64,000 nt of DNA from an uncultured delta proteobacterium (GTDB lineage Bacteria > Myxococcota_A > Polyangia > Polyangiales > Polyangiaceae). The notes under the pieces were generated by a model, which did no database searches, was not told the DNA's origin, and saw only the letters and a list, made by a program, of their open reading frames with translations. Below, piece by piece: positions 51,944-63,100 of this stretch. Location of the stretch: NCBI GenBank assembly GCA_963806225.1, contig CAWDXG010000004.1:640001-704000 (forward strand), written 5' to 3'. The translations under genes were made by a program, and so were the position numbers. The first letter of the stretch is position 1. The number at the start of each line of letters is the position of its first letter.

Positions 51944-52376
51944 GGTGCGGTTCCGCCTTCTCGAGGAACTTCCAGAGCGTGAGCCCGGGCTCCAGATCCA
52001 GTTCCTTGTCGAAGGCGAGGAGCGAGAAGAAGTAGTGGTGCACACCGTGGCCCGGCGGTGGCATGGGGCCGGTGTAGCCCTGGCTTCCGCTGTCGTTCAC
52101 GCCCGCGGTGCCCTCCTTGGCTCCTTCAGCGAGCGAGCTCGTGGACGCTGGCAGGTTGTAGAGCACCCAGTGGACATAGCCATACTGGCCGTCCTTGACG
52201 AGCGGCGCATCCGGGTCGTGACAGATGATGGCGAAGCTCTTCGCCTCGCCCGGCGCCTTGGTCCAGGACAAGGCCGGCGAGACGTTCTCGCCCTCTCCCG
52301 TGTGCTTCTTCGGGATGTGGCCGGCGGGTTCAAAGGCGCTGCTGGCAAGGGTCATCTCGGATGGAGCGAAGGGCAT
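51900..52376 (-). CDS. YbhB/YbcL family Raf-kinase-inhibitor-like (PEBP) protein
   Basis: NVSPALSW, HDPDAP, HWVLYNLP, GYTGPMPPPGHGVHHY; AAGGAGGT RBS. Confidence 0.93.
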   Translation of the reverse strand: MPFAPSEMTLASSAFEPAGHIPKKHTGEGENVSPALSWTKAPGEAKSFAIICHDPDAPLVKDGQYGYVHWVLYNLPASTSSLAEGAKEGTAGVNDSGSQGYTGPMPPPGHGVHHYFFSLLAFDKELDLEPGLTLWKFLEKAEPHLIAMNRLLGRYQRG

Positions 52377-52544
52377 GGCTACCTCCTTTAGGTGGGACGC
52401 CCTGGGGTACCAAAACCGGGTCGGGAACGCCACCGCGTGTTGAACCGGCCGGTTGTCGCAGCGAGAGAATACGCCACCCCGTGGAAATCAGCAGCCGCTG
52501 GCGGGCTTGTGCCGGGCGCGCCGCGTGGACGCTACGCTGGATGC

Positions 52545-53189
52545 ATGTTGTGGCGGGGCGCGGCGGCGATCGGGTTGGTGCTGGCGGCAGGCGGCTGTGG
52601 GGGCGCGACCACGTCGGGCCGTGGCAGCCTGGCCGACAGCGGTGCGGACAAGCAGGCTCCAGAAGCCCCGGCGGAAGGGCGCGCCGACGTGCGGGATGCG
52701 GGGCCCGATGCGACGCCGGACGCGACGCCGTTGTGCGACGACGCGGCGTGCGCAGCGTATGAACTGTGCCACTGGCAGTATGCGACCTGCGGTCGACCCG
52801 CCAACACGCCCGGGGGCGGCGAACTCTACCCCGGCCGCTAGGTGGCGCAAGATGCGGGGTGCGACGCGCAGCGGCCGGTCTGCGGCTGCGACGGAAAGGT
52901 GTACGCGAGCGAGTGTGCCGCGCACGGCGCCGGTGTCGACGCTTGGTGGGAGGGCTGCGCCGCGCCACCGGGCTACTTCAAGTGCGGCGGGAAGTTCTGC
53001 CGACTCACTACCGAGATCTGCTACGAAGGGCTCGGCGACACGGGGGACCGATGGAGCTCCTGCGATCCGCGCCCCGCCTGCGACAGCGGCGCGCTCTGCG
53101 ACTGCATCGACACTTCGGCCTGTCCGTCATCCATCATTGCCTGCACCAACGACGGCCAGGGCCGGGTGACCTGGAGCTGCTCGTTCTAG
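52545..53189 (+). pseudogene. Kazal-type domain lipoprotein interrupted by an in-frame TAG at 52839-52841
   Basis: LAAGGC lipobox; the frame continues after TAG with PVCGCDGKVYASECAA Kazal motif. Confidence 0.7.
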
Positions 53190-53194
53190 CGCTC

Positions 53195-53878
53195 CTAGCG
53201 CGGCTTCCGCCCCGACAGCGTGAACCCAAGCCCGTTGAAATACGTCTCCACGCGCACGTCCTCCAGTCGCTCCTCGAGCAGTCGCCGGCCGCGCTCCCAG
53301 CGGGCGCGCAGCGCGGCGTCGTCGAGGTCGCGGGCGGTGTCGATGCCCGCGAGCCGTAGCGCCGCGGCGTAGAGCGGGAAGAGCCAGTGGAAGAGCCCCC
53401 CCTCGGGCCTGGAGCCAGCAAAGTCCATGATGACGAGCCTTCCACCGGGCTTCAGCACCGAAAGGGCGCGCTCGAGCGCGGCATCCAGATCGTACACGAT
53501 GCCGTAGCACCAGACGCACACGAGCGCGTCGACCTGCTCGGGCACTCCCTCGAGCTTCACCGCGTCGCCGCGGCGGACCTCGACGTTCTCCCATCCGCCG
53601 GCGTCGACGCGGGCGCTGGCCTGCTCGAGCATGCCTTCGGAGTAGTCGACGGCGACGATGCGCCCGCGCGCGCCCACGCGCGGCACCAGGATGGGCAGGT
53701 TCCGCCCGGTACCGCAGCCCACGTCGAGCACGGTCGCTCCCTCCACGTCCCCCAGAAGCTCGATGGCGCGGCGGCGCCGGGCTTCAAGTCCGAGCGCCCA
53801 GCCGAACACCACGTCGGTGAGGCGGTCGTAGTAGCGGGCGGCCCGGTCGTAGTTGTCGCTGATTTCAGTGAGGTGCAT
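53195..53878 (-). CDS. class I SAM-dependent methyltransferase
   Basis: VLDVGCGTG, VDYSEGML, LKPGGRLVIMDF. Confidence 0.9.
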   Translation of the reverse strand: MHLTEISDNYDRAARYYDRLTDVVFGWALGLEARRRRAIELLGDVEGATVLDVGCGTGRNLPILVPRVGARGRIVAVDYSEGMLEQASARVDAGGWENVEVRRGDAVKLEGVPEQVDALVCVWCYGIVYDLDAALERALSVLKPGGRLVIMDFAGSRPEGGLFHWLFPLYAAALRLAGIDTARDLDDAALRARWERGRRLLEERLEDVRVETYFNGLGFTLSGRKPR

Positions 53879-53983
53879 GCGTGCCTCCTTCACCCCTGCA
53901 GACGGGCCTCCGCCCGCCATCATTACAGCCCGGCGCCGGAAAACAGACGGCGCGCCCCGGGGGTTGGTTCGGCGGACGCGCCG

Positions 53984-54613
53984 CTACTCGGCGCGCAACC
54001 CGCGCTGCAGCACCAGCGCGATCACCATGTCGATGCCGACCTTGTTGTTGCCGCCTTCGGGCAGGATCAGGTCGGCCCAGCGCTTCGACGGCTCGACGAA
54101 CTGGAGGTGCATCGGGCGTACGGTGCTGTAGTACTGCTCGCGGATCGACTCGAAGGATCGACCGCGCTTCTCCAGGTCGCGCCGTATACGGCGGAACGCG
54201 CGGATGTCCGGATCGGTGTCGACGTAGATCTTGACCTCGAGCTGCTGCCGCAGGCGCGCCTCGACGAAAGTCAGGATACCCTCGACGATCACGACCGGGG
54301 TCGGCTCCACGTGACGGAGCGCCGGAGCGCGGCGATGCGTGGTGAAGTCGTAGACCGGCATTTCCACGGCCTCGCCACGCCTGAGCGCGGCGAGATGCTC
54401 GACGAGCAGCGCCGTCTCGAGCGAGTCGGGGTGGTCGAAGTTGAGCTGGCAGCGCTCCTCGTAGGAGAGATCCGAGCGATCGTGATAGTACGCGTCGTGC
54501 TCCACGATCGTGACGGTGCCGGAGGGCAGCGACGCGGCGACGCGCTCGGCGACGGTGGTCTTTCCCGAGCCACTCCCCCCTGCAATGCCTACCAGGAGCG
54601 GTCCGTCTGCCAT
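53984..54613 (-). CDS. udk: uridine kinase
   Basis: GIAGGSGSGKTT, NFDHPDS, PVYDF, VEGIL, RRDLEKRGR, VRPMHLQFVEPSKRWAD. Confidence 0.95.
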   Translation of the reverse strand: MADGPLLVGIAGGSGSGKTTVAERVAASLPSGTVTIVEHDAYYHDRSDLSYEERCQLNFDHPDSLETALLVEHLAALRRGEAVEMPVYDFTTHRRAPALRHVEPTPVVIVEGILTFVEARLRQQLEVKIYVDTDPDIRAFRRIRRDLEKRGRSFESIREQYYSTVRPMHLQFVEPSKRWADLILPEGGNNKVGIDMVIALVLQRGLRAE

Positions 54614-54710
54614 CCCGCGCACACTAGCCGAAGCCGGCGCGAGCGAACAGCCGGCACGGCATCGGCGTCATGACCGCGATCACCAAGGCGGCGGCCGCAC
54701 CGCCAGCACT

Positions 54711-56507
54711 TCAGAAACCGGAGCCGCTGGAGAGGCGCTCGACGGCCTTGCCGGCGAGCTCCGCGGTCGTGCCCTTGCCGTCGGCCAGGGCGAGCAGCGT
54801 GCCGCGCTCGCGCATCAGCTCGAGGGTCGCGACGGCTTCGGGCCGCGTCGCTGACGGGCCGCTCTGTGCGGCGTCGAACAGACGGCGCCTGAGCACGACG
54901 CGGGTCAGCGAGTGCGGGCCGTTGTCGTCGAGAAGAACGCCGAACTGGTGCGCCAGGATGTTCTCGGCAAACCGCTGGGCGCCGGCGGGAAGATCGAGGG
55001 TTGTGAGCGCGCGCGCGTTGTCGACCCAACGATAGATGTGGCCCTCGACGAAATCGGCGTCCGGGAAATTGCCGAAGGTCACCCGGTACAGCTCGCCGAG
55101 CTCTCCGGTGACTTCCGCCACCGGCAGCGACTCGACCGCGTGCCGGGCCGCGTCACGGCTGCCGCCCAGCAACAGTGCGAGCGCCGCGTCCACACGCAAG
55201 TCGGGATCCGCCAGCAGCCTGTCGAGCTTCCGCTCCGTCGCCGCATCGAGACCGTGCCGACCGAGGGCACGCGCCGCCGCATGCCGCGTGTCCGCGGGGA
55301 CTTTCGCCGTGATCAGGCCGAGCAGCAGCGGCGTCAGGCCATCGACCCGCCGCTCCTGAAGTCCGCCGAGCAGGCAACCGAGCTTGAACCGCGCCGCCTT
55401 CTTCCCGGAGCGTGACAGGCGCGTGATCTGCTTCGCCAGTTTCGCTATGTCCTGCTCGGTCAGGACCCAGGCGAGCGCCACGCAGGCCGCCCTACGGCTC
55501 TGCTCGTTGTCCTTGTCGCTGTCGATGTACCGGAGCAGTGGATCGAACGCCCTCGCGTCACCCCACTCCGACAGGCCGTTTGCGGCCCCGACGCCCAGTG
55601 CGCGCAGCGCCATGCCCAGCATGGCCACGCGCCCGCGCATCAACGCGTCCATCGTCACGTCGAGGCGCGCAGGGCGACGCTGGAGCTGCTGGAGCAGGAT
55701 CGTCCAGGACTTCGCGTCGCGCAGCGCGCCGACGTAGCGCAGCGCGCTCTGTGCGATGACCCAGGACTCCGGAAACGGCGGCATGGCTCCCGGGGCGGGC
55801 AGCGGATCGGACGGGGCGGCCCAGGCCCGCAGCTGGCCGACGATGCCCGGGCGTGAGGTGTGCATCGCCGCCAGCGCGCGCATGCCTGTCGCGCGCGGCC
55901 CGCGCGACATCAGCGTCCACTCGTACACCGGCTCTTCGGCGACAGCGCGGACCTTCGCGAGCGCTTCGGGATGCAGTCTGGCGAGATCCACAATGGAGCG
56001 AGCGACAGCAGCGCGCTCCATGTCGTCGCGCCGCAGCGCGGTTTCCGGACCGCCGTCGTCGGCGTAGACCTTCAGCGGATCGAGACGCAGGCGCGCAGCC
56101 AGCACGGGCAGTGCGCGCAGATCGCCGAGCTCGGCCAGGGCGAGGGCGACCTCGGTCTGGAAATGGACGAGCTCGCCCGAGCGCTTCCAGTCCTTGTGTC
56201 GCGACAGATATCCAGCGAGCGGATCCGCGCTGCGCGGGTCAGCAAGTCGTCTGATGCGTTGCACGAGTGCCTTTTGCCTGGCCCAGCGCGCATCACGGTC
56301 GGCGATCGACCCGGCAGCTTCGAGCTCGGCGACGCGCTGGACCGGTGCCGGGAGCGGCGGCGCTCTGGGCTCCGGCGGGGCCGGCTGCGTCGCGGGCGGC
56401 GGGATGACCGCCTGCGAGGGCCGCGAGACGGCCTTCGGCGGCGTGGCCGTACAGCCCGCCGTCAGCCATAAAAGTAGAGCGGCCCGCGTCTTCGCACCGA
56501 GCGCCAT
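54711..56507 (-). CDS. HEAT-repeat-like helical lipoprotein
   Basis: LTAGC lipobox; repeats such as ALALAELGDLRALPVL and AANGLSEWGDARAFDPL. Confidence 0.7.
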   Translation of the reverse strand: MALGAKTRAALLLWLTAGCTATPPKAVSRPSQAVIPPPATQPAPPEPRAPPLPAPVQRVAELEAAGSIADRDARWARQKALVQRIRRLADPRSADPLAGYLSRHKDWKRSGELVHFQTEVALALAELGDLRALPVLAARLRLDPLKVYADDGGPETALRRDDMERAAVARSIVDLARLHPEALAKVRAVAEEPVYEWTLMSRGPRATGMRALAAMHTSRPGIVGQLRAWAAPSDPLPAPGAMPPFPESWVIAQSALRYVGALRDAKSWTILLQQLQRRPARLDVTMDALMRGRVAMLGMALRALGVGAANGLSEWGDARAFDPLLRYIDSDKDNEQSRRAACVALAWVLTEQDIAKLAKQITRLSRSGKKAARFKLGCLLGGLQERRVDGLTPLLLGLITAKVPADTRHAAARALGRHGLDAATERKLDRLLADPDLRVDAALALLLGGSRDAARHAVESLPVAEVTGELGELYRVTFGNFPDADFVEGHIYRWVDNARALTTLDLPAGAQRFAENILAHQFGVLLDDNGPHSLTRVVLRRRLFDAAQSGPSATRPEAVATLELMRERGTLLALADGKGTTAELAGKAVERLSSGSGF

Positions 56508-56612
56508 GGGGACGACAGTAGCGTCTTGTCCGCCATTCGGGGGTCCGGAAGCGGCTGACCGCCGTCACACGGCCGTATTGCCTCCCACCTGGAGCTGCTC
56601 GAAGCTAGCGGA

Positions 56613-58127
56613 ATGGACGACGGCTCGGCGGACCTGCTCAGGCAGCGGTTTGTACGCGGTGTCACGCTCACGGGGGCGGTCTTCACCGGCGTGTTCCTGC
56701 TGGAGTTCGTCGGCGAGTGGGTGCGAGCGGGCGAGCCCGGCCTGCACGCGGTGTCGTGGGCGGGAGTGAACAACACCAAGCTGGTCGATTCGCTGAGCCC
56801 CATCGCGCGTGCCTACAACAATATCCTGGCGATGCTGATCGCTACGGTGGGTCTGGCCATCCCGCTCACGGCGAACATGTACACGCCGAAGCTCATCGAC
56901 CTGTTCCTGCGCGATCGTATCAACCGCGTCGTGCTCGCGGTGATGGCCTTCGGCGCGGCCAACGTCCTGTGGGTCATGTACATCGTGGGCCCCGGCTTCG
57001 CGCCGATGTGGGCCTACCGCACCGCCGTCTACGGCGTGCTGCTCGGCTGGGTGGTGGTGATCCCGTATTTCTTCTACGTCGTGAAGTTCCTCGACCCATC
57101 GACGATCGTGGAGCTGTTGATGCGGGAGGCACTCAAGCAGATCGATCGGGCGGCGAAGAAGCATGTCGATCCGGAGCGGGCCCAGAACGAGATCGAGGAG
57201 CGCCTGTACCAGATCGGCACGATCATCATCAAGTCGATCGACCGGGCCGACCGCGACGTGACCCGCGAGGGCATCTGGTCGCTGAAGCGCATCATCTCCC
57301 GTTACAGCGAGCTGAAACCGCGCATGACCGACGCCTGGTTCAAGGCGGACCGTCGCGATTTCGTGGGGCTATCGAGCGCGGCGCGCCAGATGATCACCCA
57401 GAAGCGCACCTTCCTCGAGATGAACGTGCTGACGCAGCTCTACCTCGCCTTCCAGCACGCACTCACCAAGGCACCCGACGCCATCAGCGCCATCGGCAAT
57501 GTCAACCGCGTGATCGCGCGCGCTGCGGCGGCGCGCGGCGACGAGCACGTGGTGTCGCTGTGTCTGCGCTTCATGAACAGCTTCCTTCGCGAAGCCACCA
57601 AGCACCTCGACACGCGCGCGGTCTACGACGTCTTCTACCAGTACCGGGAGCTGGCCGACGATATCTCCGACCACCACGAGACCGTGCGCGAGATCGGCGG
57701 TTTCCTCCTCCACTACGCGCGCATCGCCGAGCAGAAGGGCGACGCCTTCGTGCCGCAGCTCGCCTCCTTCGATCTGGCGCACGTAATCGAGAGTGCCTAC
57801 GCCGCTGGCAACCCGCGCGCCGGCGAGCTGCTCGACGACCTGATGGGGCTGCCCCACGTCCTTTCGGGAGAGCCGGACCTGCTGCGCATCAAGGCGAAGC
57901 TCGTCCTGGCGGGCTTTCTGACCTCGCGCGACATGAAAGCCGAGCTCGAGCGCCTGCGCGAGAACCTCGCCGACGTGCCGCACGCCGTGCTGGAAGCCGC
58001 TGCCGAGGAGCTGGTAGGCATCGAGAAGCGAGCCTTCCACGAGATCACCGACCGCCAGGTCAACATCGAGTGGACCCCACCCGAACGGCGGGCGCACATC
58101 GCGCGCTTCGTGGCCGCTGGCGGGTAG
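56613..58127 (+). CDS. DUF2254-like membrane protein
   Basis: N-terminal TM helices with LTANMYTPKLIDLF motif; helical cytoplasmic C-terminus. Confidence 0.65.
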   Translation: MDDGSADLLRQRFVRGVTLTGAVFTGVFLLEFVGEWVRAGEPGLHAVSWAGVNNTKLVDSLSPIARAYNNILAMLIATVGLAIPLTANMYTPKLIDLFLRDRINRVVLAVMAFGAANVLWVMYIVGPGFAPMWAYRTAVYGVLLGWVVVIPYFFYVVKFLDPSTIVELLMREALKQIDRAAKKHVDPERAQNEIEERLYQIGTIIIKSIDRADRDVTREGIWSLKRIISRYSELKPRMTDAWFKADRRDFVGLSSAARQMITQKRTFLEMNVLTQLYLAFQHALTKAPDAISAIGNVNRVIARAAAARGDEHVVSLCLRFMNSFLREATKHLDTRAVYDVFYQYRELADDISDHHETVREIGGFLLHYARIAEQKGDAFVPQLASFDLAHVIESAYAAGNPRAGELLDDLMGLPHVLSGEPDLLRIKAKLVLAGFLTSRDMKAELERLRENLADVPHAVLEAAAEELVGIEKRAFHEITDRQVNIEWTPPERRAHIARFVAAGG

Positions 58128-58171
58128 TTGCGCCAGCGGTGCGCGCCTTTGCACGCGCCGCCGGCTGTGCC

Positions 58172-59425
58172 ATGAACCCGACCATGAGTGGAAACGGCCG
58201 CCCTGTTCTCGATGTCGTCGTGTGGGGGGCCACCGGGTTCACCGGACAGCTGGTGGCGGAGTACCTGGTGGAGCACTATCCGGACGGCGCGCTCCGGCTG
58301 GGGCTGGGCGGTCGCAACCGCGACAAGCTCGAGGCGGTGCGGGCGAAGCTCGCGATAGCGCACCCCAGCGCCGCGGAGCTGCCGCTCCTGGTCGGCGATA
58401 GCTTCGATGCCGCGTCGCTCGACGCCATGGCTTCCCGGACCCGCGTCGTGTGCACGACCGTCGGCCCGTACGCGAAGTACGGCGCGGAGCTGGTGGCCGC
58501 CTGCGTCCGGCACGGCACCGCCTACTGCGATCTGACCGGCGAGGTGCAGTTCATCCGGCGCATGATCGACGCCCACCACGACGCGGCGAAGAAGAGCGGT
58601 GCACGCATCGTGCACTGCTGTGGCTACGACTCGCTCCCCTCGGATCTCGGCACGTTCGTCCTGCAGGAAGCGATGGGCGAACGACACGGCAGCGTCTGCT
58701 CGCAGGTCAAGCTCTTCGCCCGCACCAAGGGCGGCATGAGCGGCGGCACCGTCGGGAGCATCCTCAACCTGCTCGATGAAGCGCGACGCGACCGCAGCGT
58801 GCGCCGCATCCTGGCCGACCCCTACGCCCTGAACCCGGACGGCGAGCGCCGGGGGCCGGACGGCCCGGACCCCATGCGCGTGCGGCGCGACCGCGATATC
58901 GGCATGTGGGTCGGACCGTTCCTGATGGCGGGCATCAACACGCGCGTGGTGCGTCGCTCCAACGCGCTCTTTGGCTACCGCTATGGGCGGGACTTCCGCT
59001 ACTCCGAGGAAATGAGCTTCGGGCGCGGCGCCCGGGGTCTGGCCAGGGCCAGCGCCTTCACCGGCGGTCTCGCCGGGCTGATGGCGACGGCCAACGTCGG
59101 CTGGATGCGCGCGCTGCTCGAGCGGAAGCTGCCGTCCCCCGGCGAAGGCCCGAGCCGCGAAGAGCGCGAAGCCGGCTACTTCATCAGCCGGCTCATCGGC
59201 AAAGGAACCGACGCCGCAGGCCGACCTGCCGAGCTCCGCGTGCGGGTGGAGGGCCACAGCGACCCCGGCTACGGCGAAACCGCCAAGATGCTGGGCGAAT
59301 CCGCCGCGTGTCTGGCGCTCGACGAGCTCGACAAGGGCGGCGGGATCCTTACGCCCGCGTCGGCCATGGGAACGCGTCTGGTACGCCGCCTGCGCGATGC
59401 CGGCATGGCGTTCAACGTCGAGTAG
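58172..59425 (+). CDS. saccharopine dehydrogenase-like oxidoreductase (trans-acting enoyl reductase family)
   Basis: WGATGFTG, TTVGPYAKYG, YCDLTGE, CCGYDSLPSDLG, SGGT, PGEGPS, DPGYGETAKML. Confidence 0.9.
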   Translation: MNPTMSGNGRPVLDVVVWGATGFTGQLVAEYLVEHYPDGALRLGLGGRNRDKLEAVRAKLAIAHPSAAELPLLVGDSFDAASLDAMASRTRVVCTTVGPYAKYGAELVAACVRHGTAYCDLTGEVQFIRRMIDAHHDAAKKSGARIVHCCGYDSLPSDLGTFVLQEAMGERHGSVCSQVKLFARTKGGMSGGTVGSILNLLDEARRDRSVRRILADPYALNPDGERRGPDGPDPMRVRRDRDIGMWVGPFLMAGINTRVVRRSNALFGYRYGRDFRYSEEMSFGRGARGLARASAFTGGLAGLMATANVGWMRALLERKLPSPGEGPSREEREAGYFISRLIGKGTDAAGRPAELRVRVEGHSDPGYGETAKMLGESAACLALDELDKGGGILTPASAMGTRLVRRLRDAGMAFNVE

Positions 59426-59445
59426 CCCTCACCAGCCTCGAAACG

Positions 59446-60120
59446 ATGCTACCGGGTCGCCTATGCCTGTCCGCCGTTGCGCTGTTCGTCGCGGCGTGCG
59501 GCTCGTCGACGAGCTCGACAACGGCGGCGCCGAAGGACGCGGGGACCGACAGCACAGACAGCGGCAGTGACGCCGGATCGCACGCCCGGCTGTTCGTCAC
59601 GTCGCAGAGCTACGCGGGCGACCTGAGGGACGCCGCGCAGACACCCACTGGGCTCGCGGCCGGCGACAAGCTCTGTCAGGAAGCTGCCGCAGCCGCAGGA
59701 CTGTCTGGAACGTTCAAGGCCTGGCTCTCGGACGCGACGACCGATGCGATCGACCGTGTCGGCAACGTCCCCGACGGCTGGTACTCGGTCGGACCGAAGG
59801 CCGCCAAGATCGCCGACAACAAGGCGTCGCTCGTCGCGAAAGGCCCCTCGGCCCTTATCGTCGACGAGCACGGCAAGCCGGTGACGGGTTGCCCCTGGAC
59901 CGGGACCCACCCCGACGGCATGAAGGCCACGAGCGGCCTGAACGTCGGCTCGGACGGCACCTGCACCGGCTGGACCGCGTCGGGCGTCGACTTCGCCGTC
60001 GCCGGCGGCATCGGTCCCACGACCAGCCCCTTCAACCTGATCGCGGGCTGCCCGGCGGGCGGCGGTACCGCGTACTCGCAGTGCCAGAATCCGCAGCCGA
60101 TCTATTGCTTCCAGCAGTGA
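59446..60120 (+). CDS. DUF1554-like (collagen NC1/endostatin-like) lipoprotein
   Basis: FVAAC lipobox; LFVTSQSYAGDL..GLAAGDKLCQ, FKAWLSD, WTGT, IYCFQQ. Confidence 0.75.
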   Translation: MLPGRLCLSAVALFVAACGSSTSSTTAAPKDAGTDSTDSGSDAGSHARLFVTSQSYAGDLRDAAQTPTGLAAGDKLCQEAAAAAGLSGTFKAWLSDATTDAIDRVGNVPDGWYSVGPKAAKIADNKASLVAKGPSALIVDEHGKPVTGCPWTGTHPDGMKATSGLNVGSDGTCTGWTASGVDFAVAGGIGPTTSPFNLIAGCPAGGGTAYSQCQNPQPIYCFQQ

Positions 60121-60194
60121 CCCGAGCGCCGTGCCAGGCCCGGGCGCGAGTCCGCGCGGCTCGGGAGGCGACGCCGCGAAAGCTCAGGGCGCGA

Positions 60195-63100
60195 TCACAG
60201 CTGGTTCTCGTCGCCAGGCGTAACGTGGGTGCAGACCGACCAGTCCGTGTTGGCGTCGTCCGTGTCGCTGCCGTTGGGCATGCGACAGAGCGATGCAACC
60301 GAGCTGTTGTTGTCGGCCGTGCTGGTTGCCAGCACGGTGCCCTCGACCAGGCTGGCCGTGCCGACTCCCGGCACCGGCACCGCCGTCATCGCGCCCTCGT
60401 AGGACAGCGCGTCGACGAGCGCGCTCGCGTTGCTGTCCACCAGCGCGATGCCGTCGGGCGCGCCGTTCTGGATCGAGTCGGTCACGGCACCCGCATCGAT
60501 CACCAGCGCGCCGGAAGGTACCGTCGACACCACGCTGCTCGCGCCCACGACCAGATACTGCCCCGCGCCGAGCGAACCAGCAGGCCCCAGATCCACGCTG
60601 CGGTACACCGTGCTGTTCGAGCCGTTCACGAAGTACAGCGTGAAACCCGAGAGCGACACCGGCACCGAGCCCGCGTTGTACAGCTCCACGAATTCGCCCA
60701 GGTCGGTGCCGGGCTGGTCGTAATCCACTTCGTTGATAACGACCTTCGGGCTGCCGGCCTGCACCAGGATGCTCGCCTGCGCCGAGCTCGCGCCCAGAGT
60801 TGCCGTGATCGTCGCATTCGTCTCGACCGAAGCGTCGGTGTAGTCGAACGTCGCCGACAGCGTGTTGGCCGGAACCGTCACACTCGCCGGCAGCGTACCG
60901 GAATCGGTCGGATTGACCGCAAGCGCGACCAGAGACCCGCCGACCGGCGCCGGGATGTCGAGCGTGGCCGTGAAGGCCTGGGTGGCCCCGGGTTGCAGGA
61001 TCGGCGACGCCGGGGACAGCGACACGACCTGGGGCTGCTCCGACGCGCCGATCACGCGCACGTGCGCCGTCATGTTGGTGGTGCCGAGGGTCGCCGTCAG
61101 CGTCACGTCGGCGGACTTTGCCAGCCCGCTCACGAGCACCGGCGCGCTCAGCTGCCCCGCCTTCACGTTGACGCCATTGCCGGTCACAGTCAGCGCGTTC
61201 GTGTCGCTCGACACGACGGTCACGAACGTATCGTTCGCGGGCGTAGCGCTCAGATTGACCGTGAGCGGCGTCGGAATGGTGGGCGTGTTGGCCTGGCCGA
61301 CATCGGTGAAGGTCGGGGTCGGCCCGAAGCCGATCAGCACCGGCGCGCCCACGACAAAGTCCGCCGGCCCTCGTGGCTCGAGCTTGCTGTTGTTGTTGCG
61401 GTAGTCGAGCACGCCAGAGATCGACACGTACTGCGTGCCCACCACCGGGAACGGCGTCACCAGGTAGAGCAGGTCGTTCACGCGCAGCGAGCTGGTCACG
61501 GCGAACTCGTTGGTCGGTGCCGCGTCACCGGGGCCCGGTGCCGGCGCGACGTCCGTCACGGCCACGCTGTCCACCTCGACCAGCACCGACTCGAGCTGGC
61601 TTGCGCGCGCCCCGCCGGTTGCGACATCCGCCGCCGTCGCGACGACGGGAGCCGGCAACGCTTCGCCGAGTGACGACACGACGTTGACCGTCGCCCCGCC
61701 GAGCTGGATCTGTCCGTAGTAGTCGGCGATGGTCGCCGTCGTGACGTCCACGCGATCGCCGGCCTTCACAGTGTTGCCCGGCGCGTACACGAACACGCCA
61801 GAGTAGTCGGAGCCGTTGTAATCGGGATCGCCGGGTTTGACCTGGAGGAAGAAGCCGCTATCGAAGCGGGCCGTCACCAGCGCGTTCGACAACGCAACGG
61901 CGGTACCCGGCGACAGTGTGCCGTTCTTGATGTCGTAGATGGTCGCAGGGCACGCCGCCGCGCCGGAATTCGATGCGTTCGGGCACGGGTCGCAGGCGTC
62001 ACCCTTGCCGTCCTTGTCCGCGTCCGCCTGGTTCTTGTTCGGGACGGTCGGACAGTTGTCCGATGCGTTCGGGATGGTGTCGTTGTCGCGGTCGTTGGGG
62101 TCGTACGTCGTGCACGTCGCCGTGTTCGGGTCGAGCGGACAGGGGTCGCACGCGTCGCCCGTTCCGTCCCCGTCGAAGTCCGCCTGCTTGCCCCCATCGA
62201 GAGGCCGTATCGGGTTGAACACGGCCGGGCAATCGTCCGTGGCGTCGGGGATGCCGTCGCCATCGCTATCGGTCGCGCTCGTCGTCCCATCGTAGACCGA
62301 GGAGCCGTTCACCGACGTCGGTCGCATCGGCACGCAGCTGGGCTCGTTCTTCGGGGCGCCGCAGAAGAACGCCGGGTAGATCGAGCTGCCGACCGCGGTC
62401 TCGAGCGCGGAAAGCGACTCGCCGATGTCGCTCTGCAGGCAGACCTGCTTCTGCACGCCGCACACGTCGAGAGCGTCGCAGCTGCCGCTCGCGAGCCCGG
62501 AAACGACGTTCGCGTCGCCGTACAGCACCTTCCCGCCGCGCATGACGAGCGCCACGTCCTTCGGCTCGCCGTCGATCACGGCGCGGAAGTCCTTGTTCTG
62601 CGAGCCGTCGAAGATGGAGATGTCGGCGACCTTGCCCTGCGCCAGAACGCCGATCACGTCGTCCACGGCGGCCACGCCGGCCGCGTCCGAAGTCACCATG
62701 CGCCAGAGCTGCTCGTCGCTGAAGAAGTGGTTGAAGCGCTTCGAGTTCATGAAGTCGGCGCACGAGAGCTCGCGCAGCAGGTTCATCGAACCGGTCGGCA
62801 TCCAGTCGGTGCCGAGTGCGATGCGCACGCCCAGCCGCGACGCTTCTGTGACGATGGCGGTGTCACCGTACAGCGTGATGTTCGAGCGCGGCGACCAGAT
62901 CAGCGATGTTCCGGCGGCGGCCATCGCGGCGTAGTCCGGCGGCGTCAAACCCACGGCGTGGATGAGCGCCGTCTTCGAGATGATGATGTCTTGCCCGCCG
63001 TTGGCACTCGAGCTGAGGCACTGGAACTCGTTCTCGGCCACCGCGTCGATGCCCTCGGAAACGTGCGGCACGTACGAGTCGTCGCCCGACAGTGACGCCG

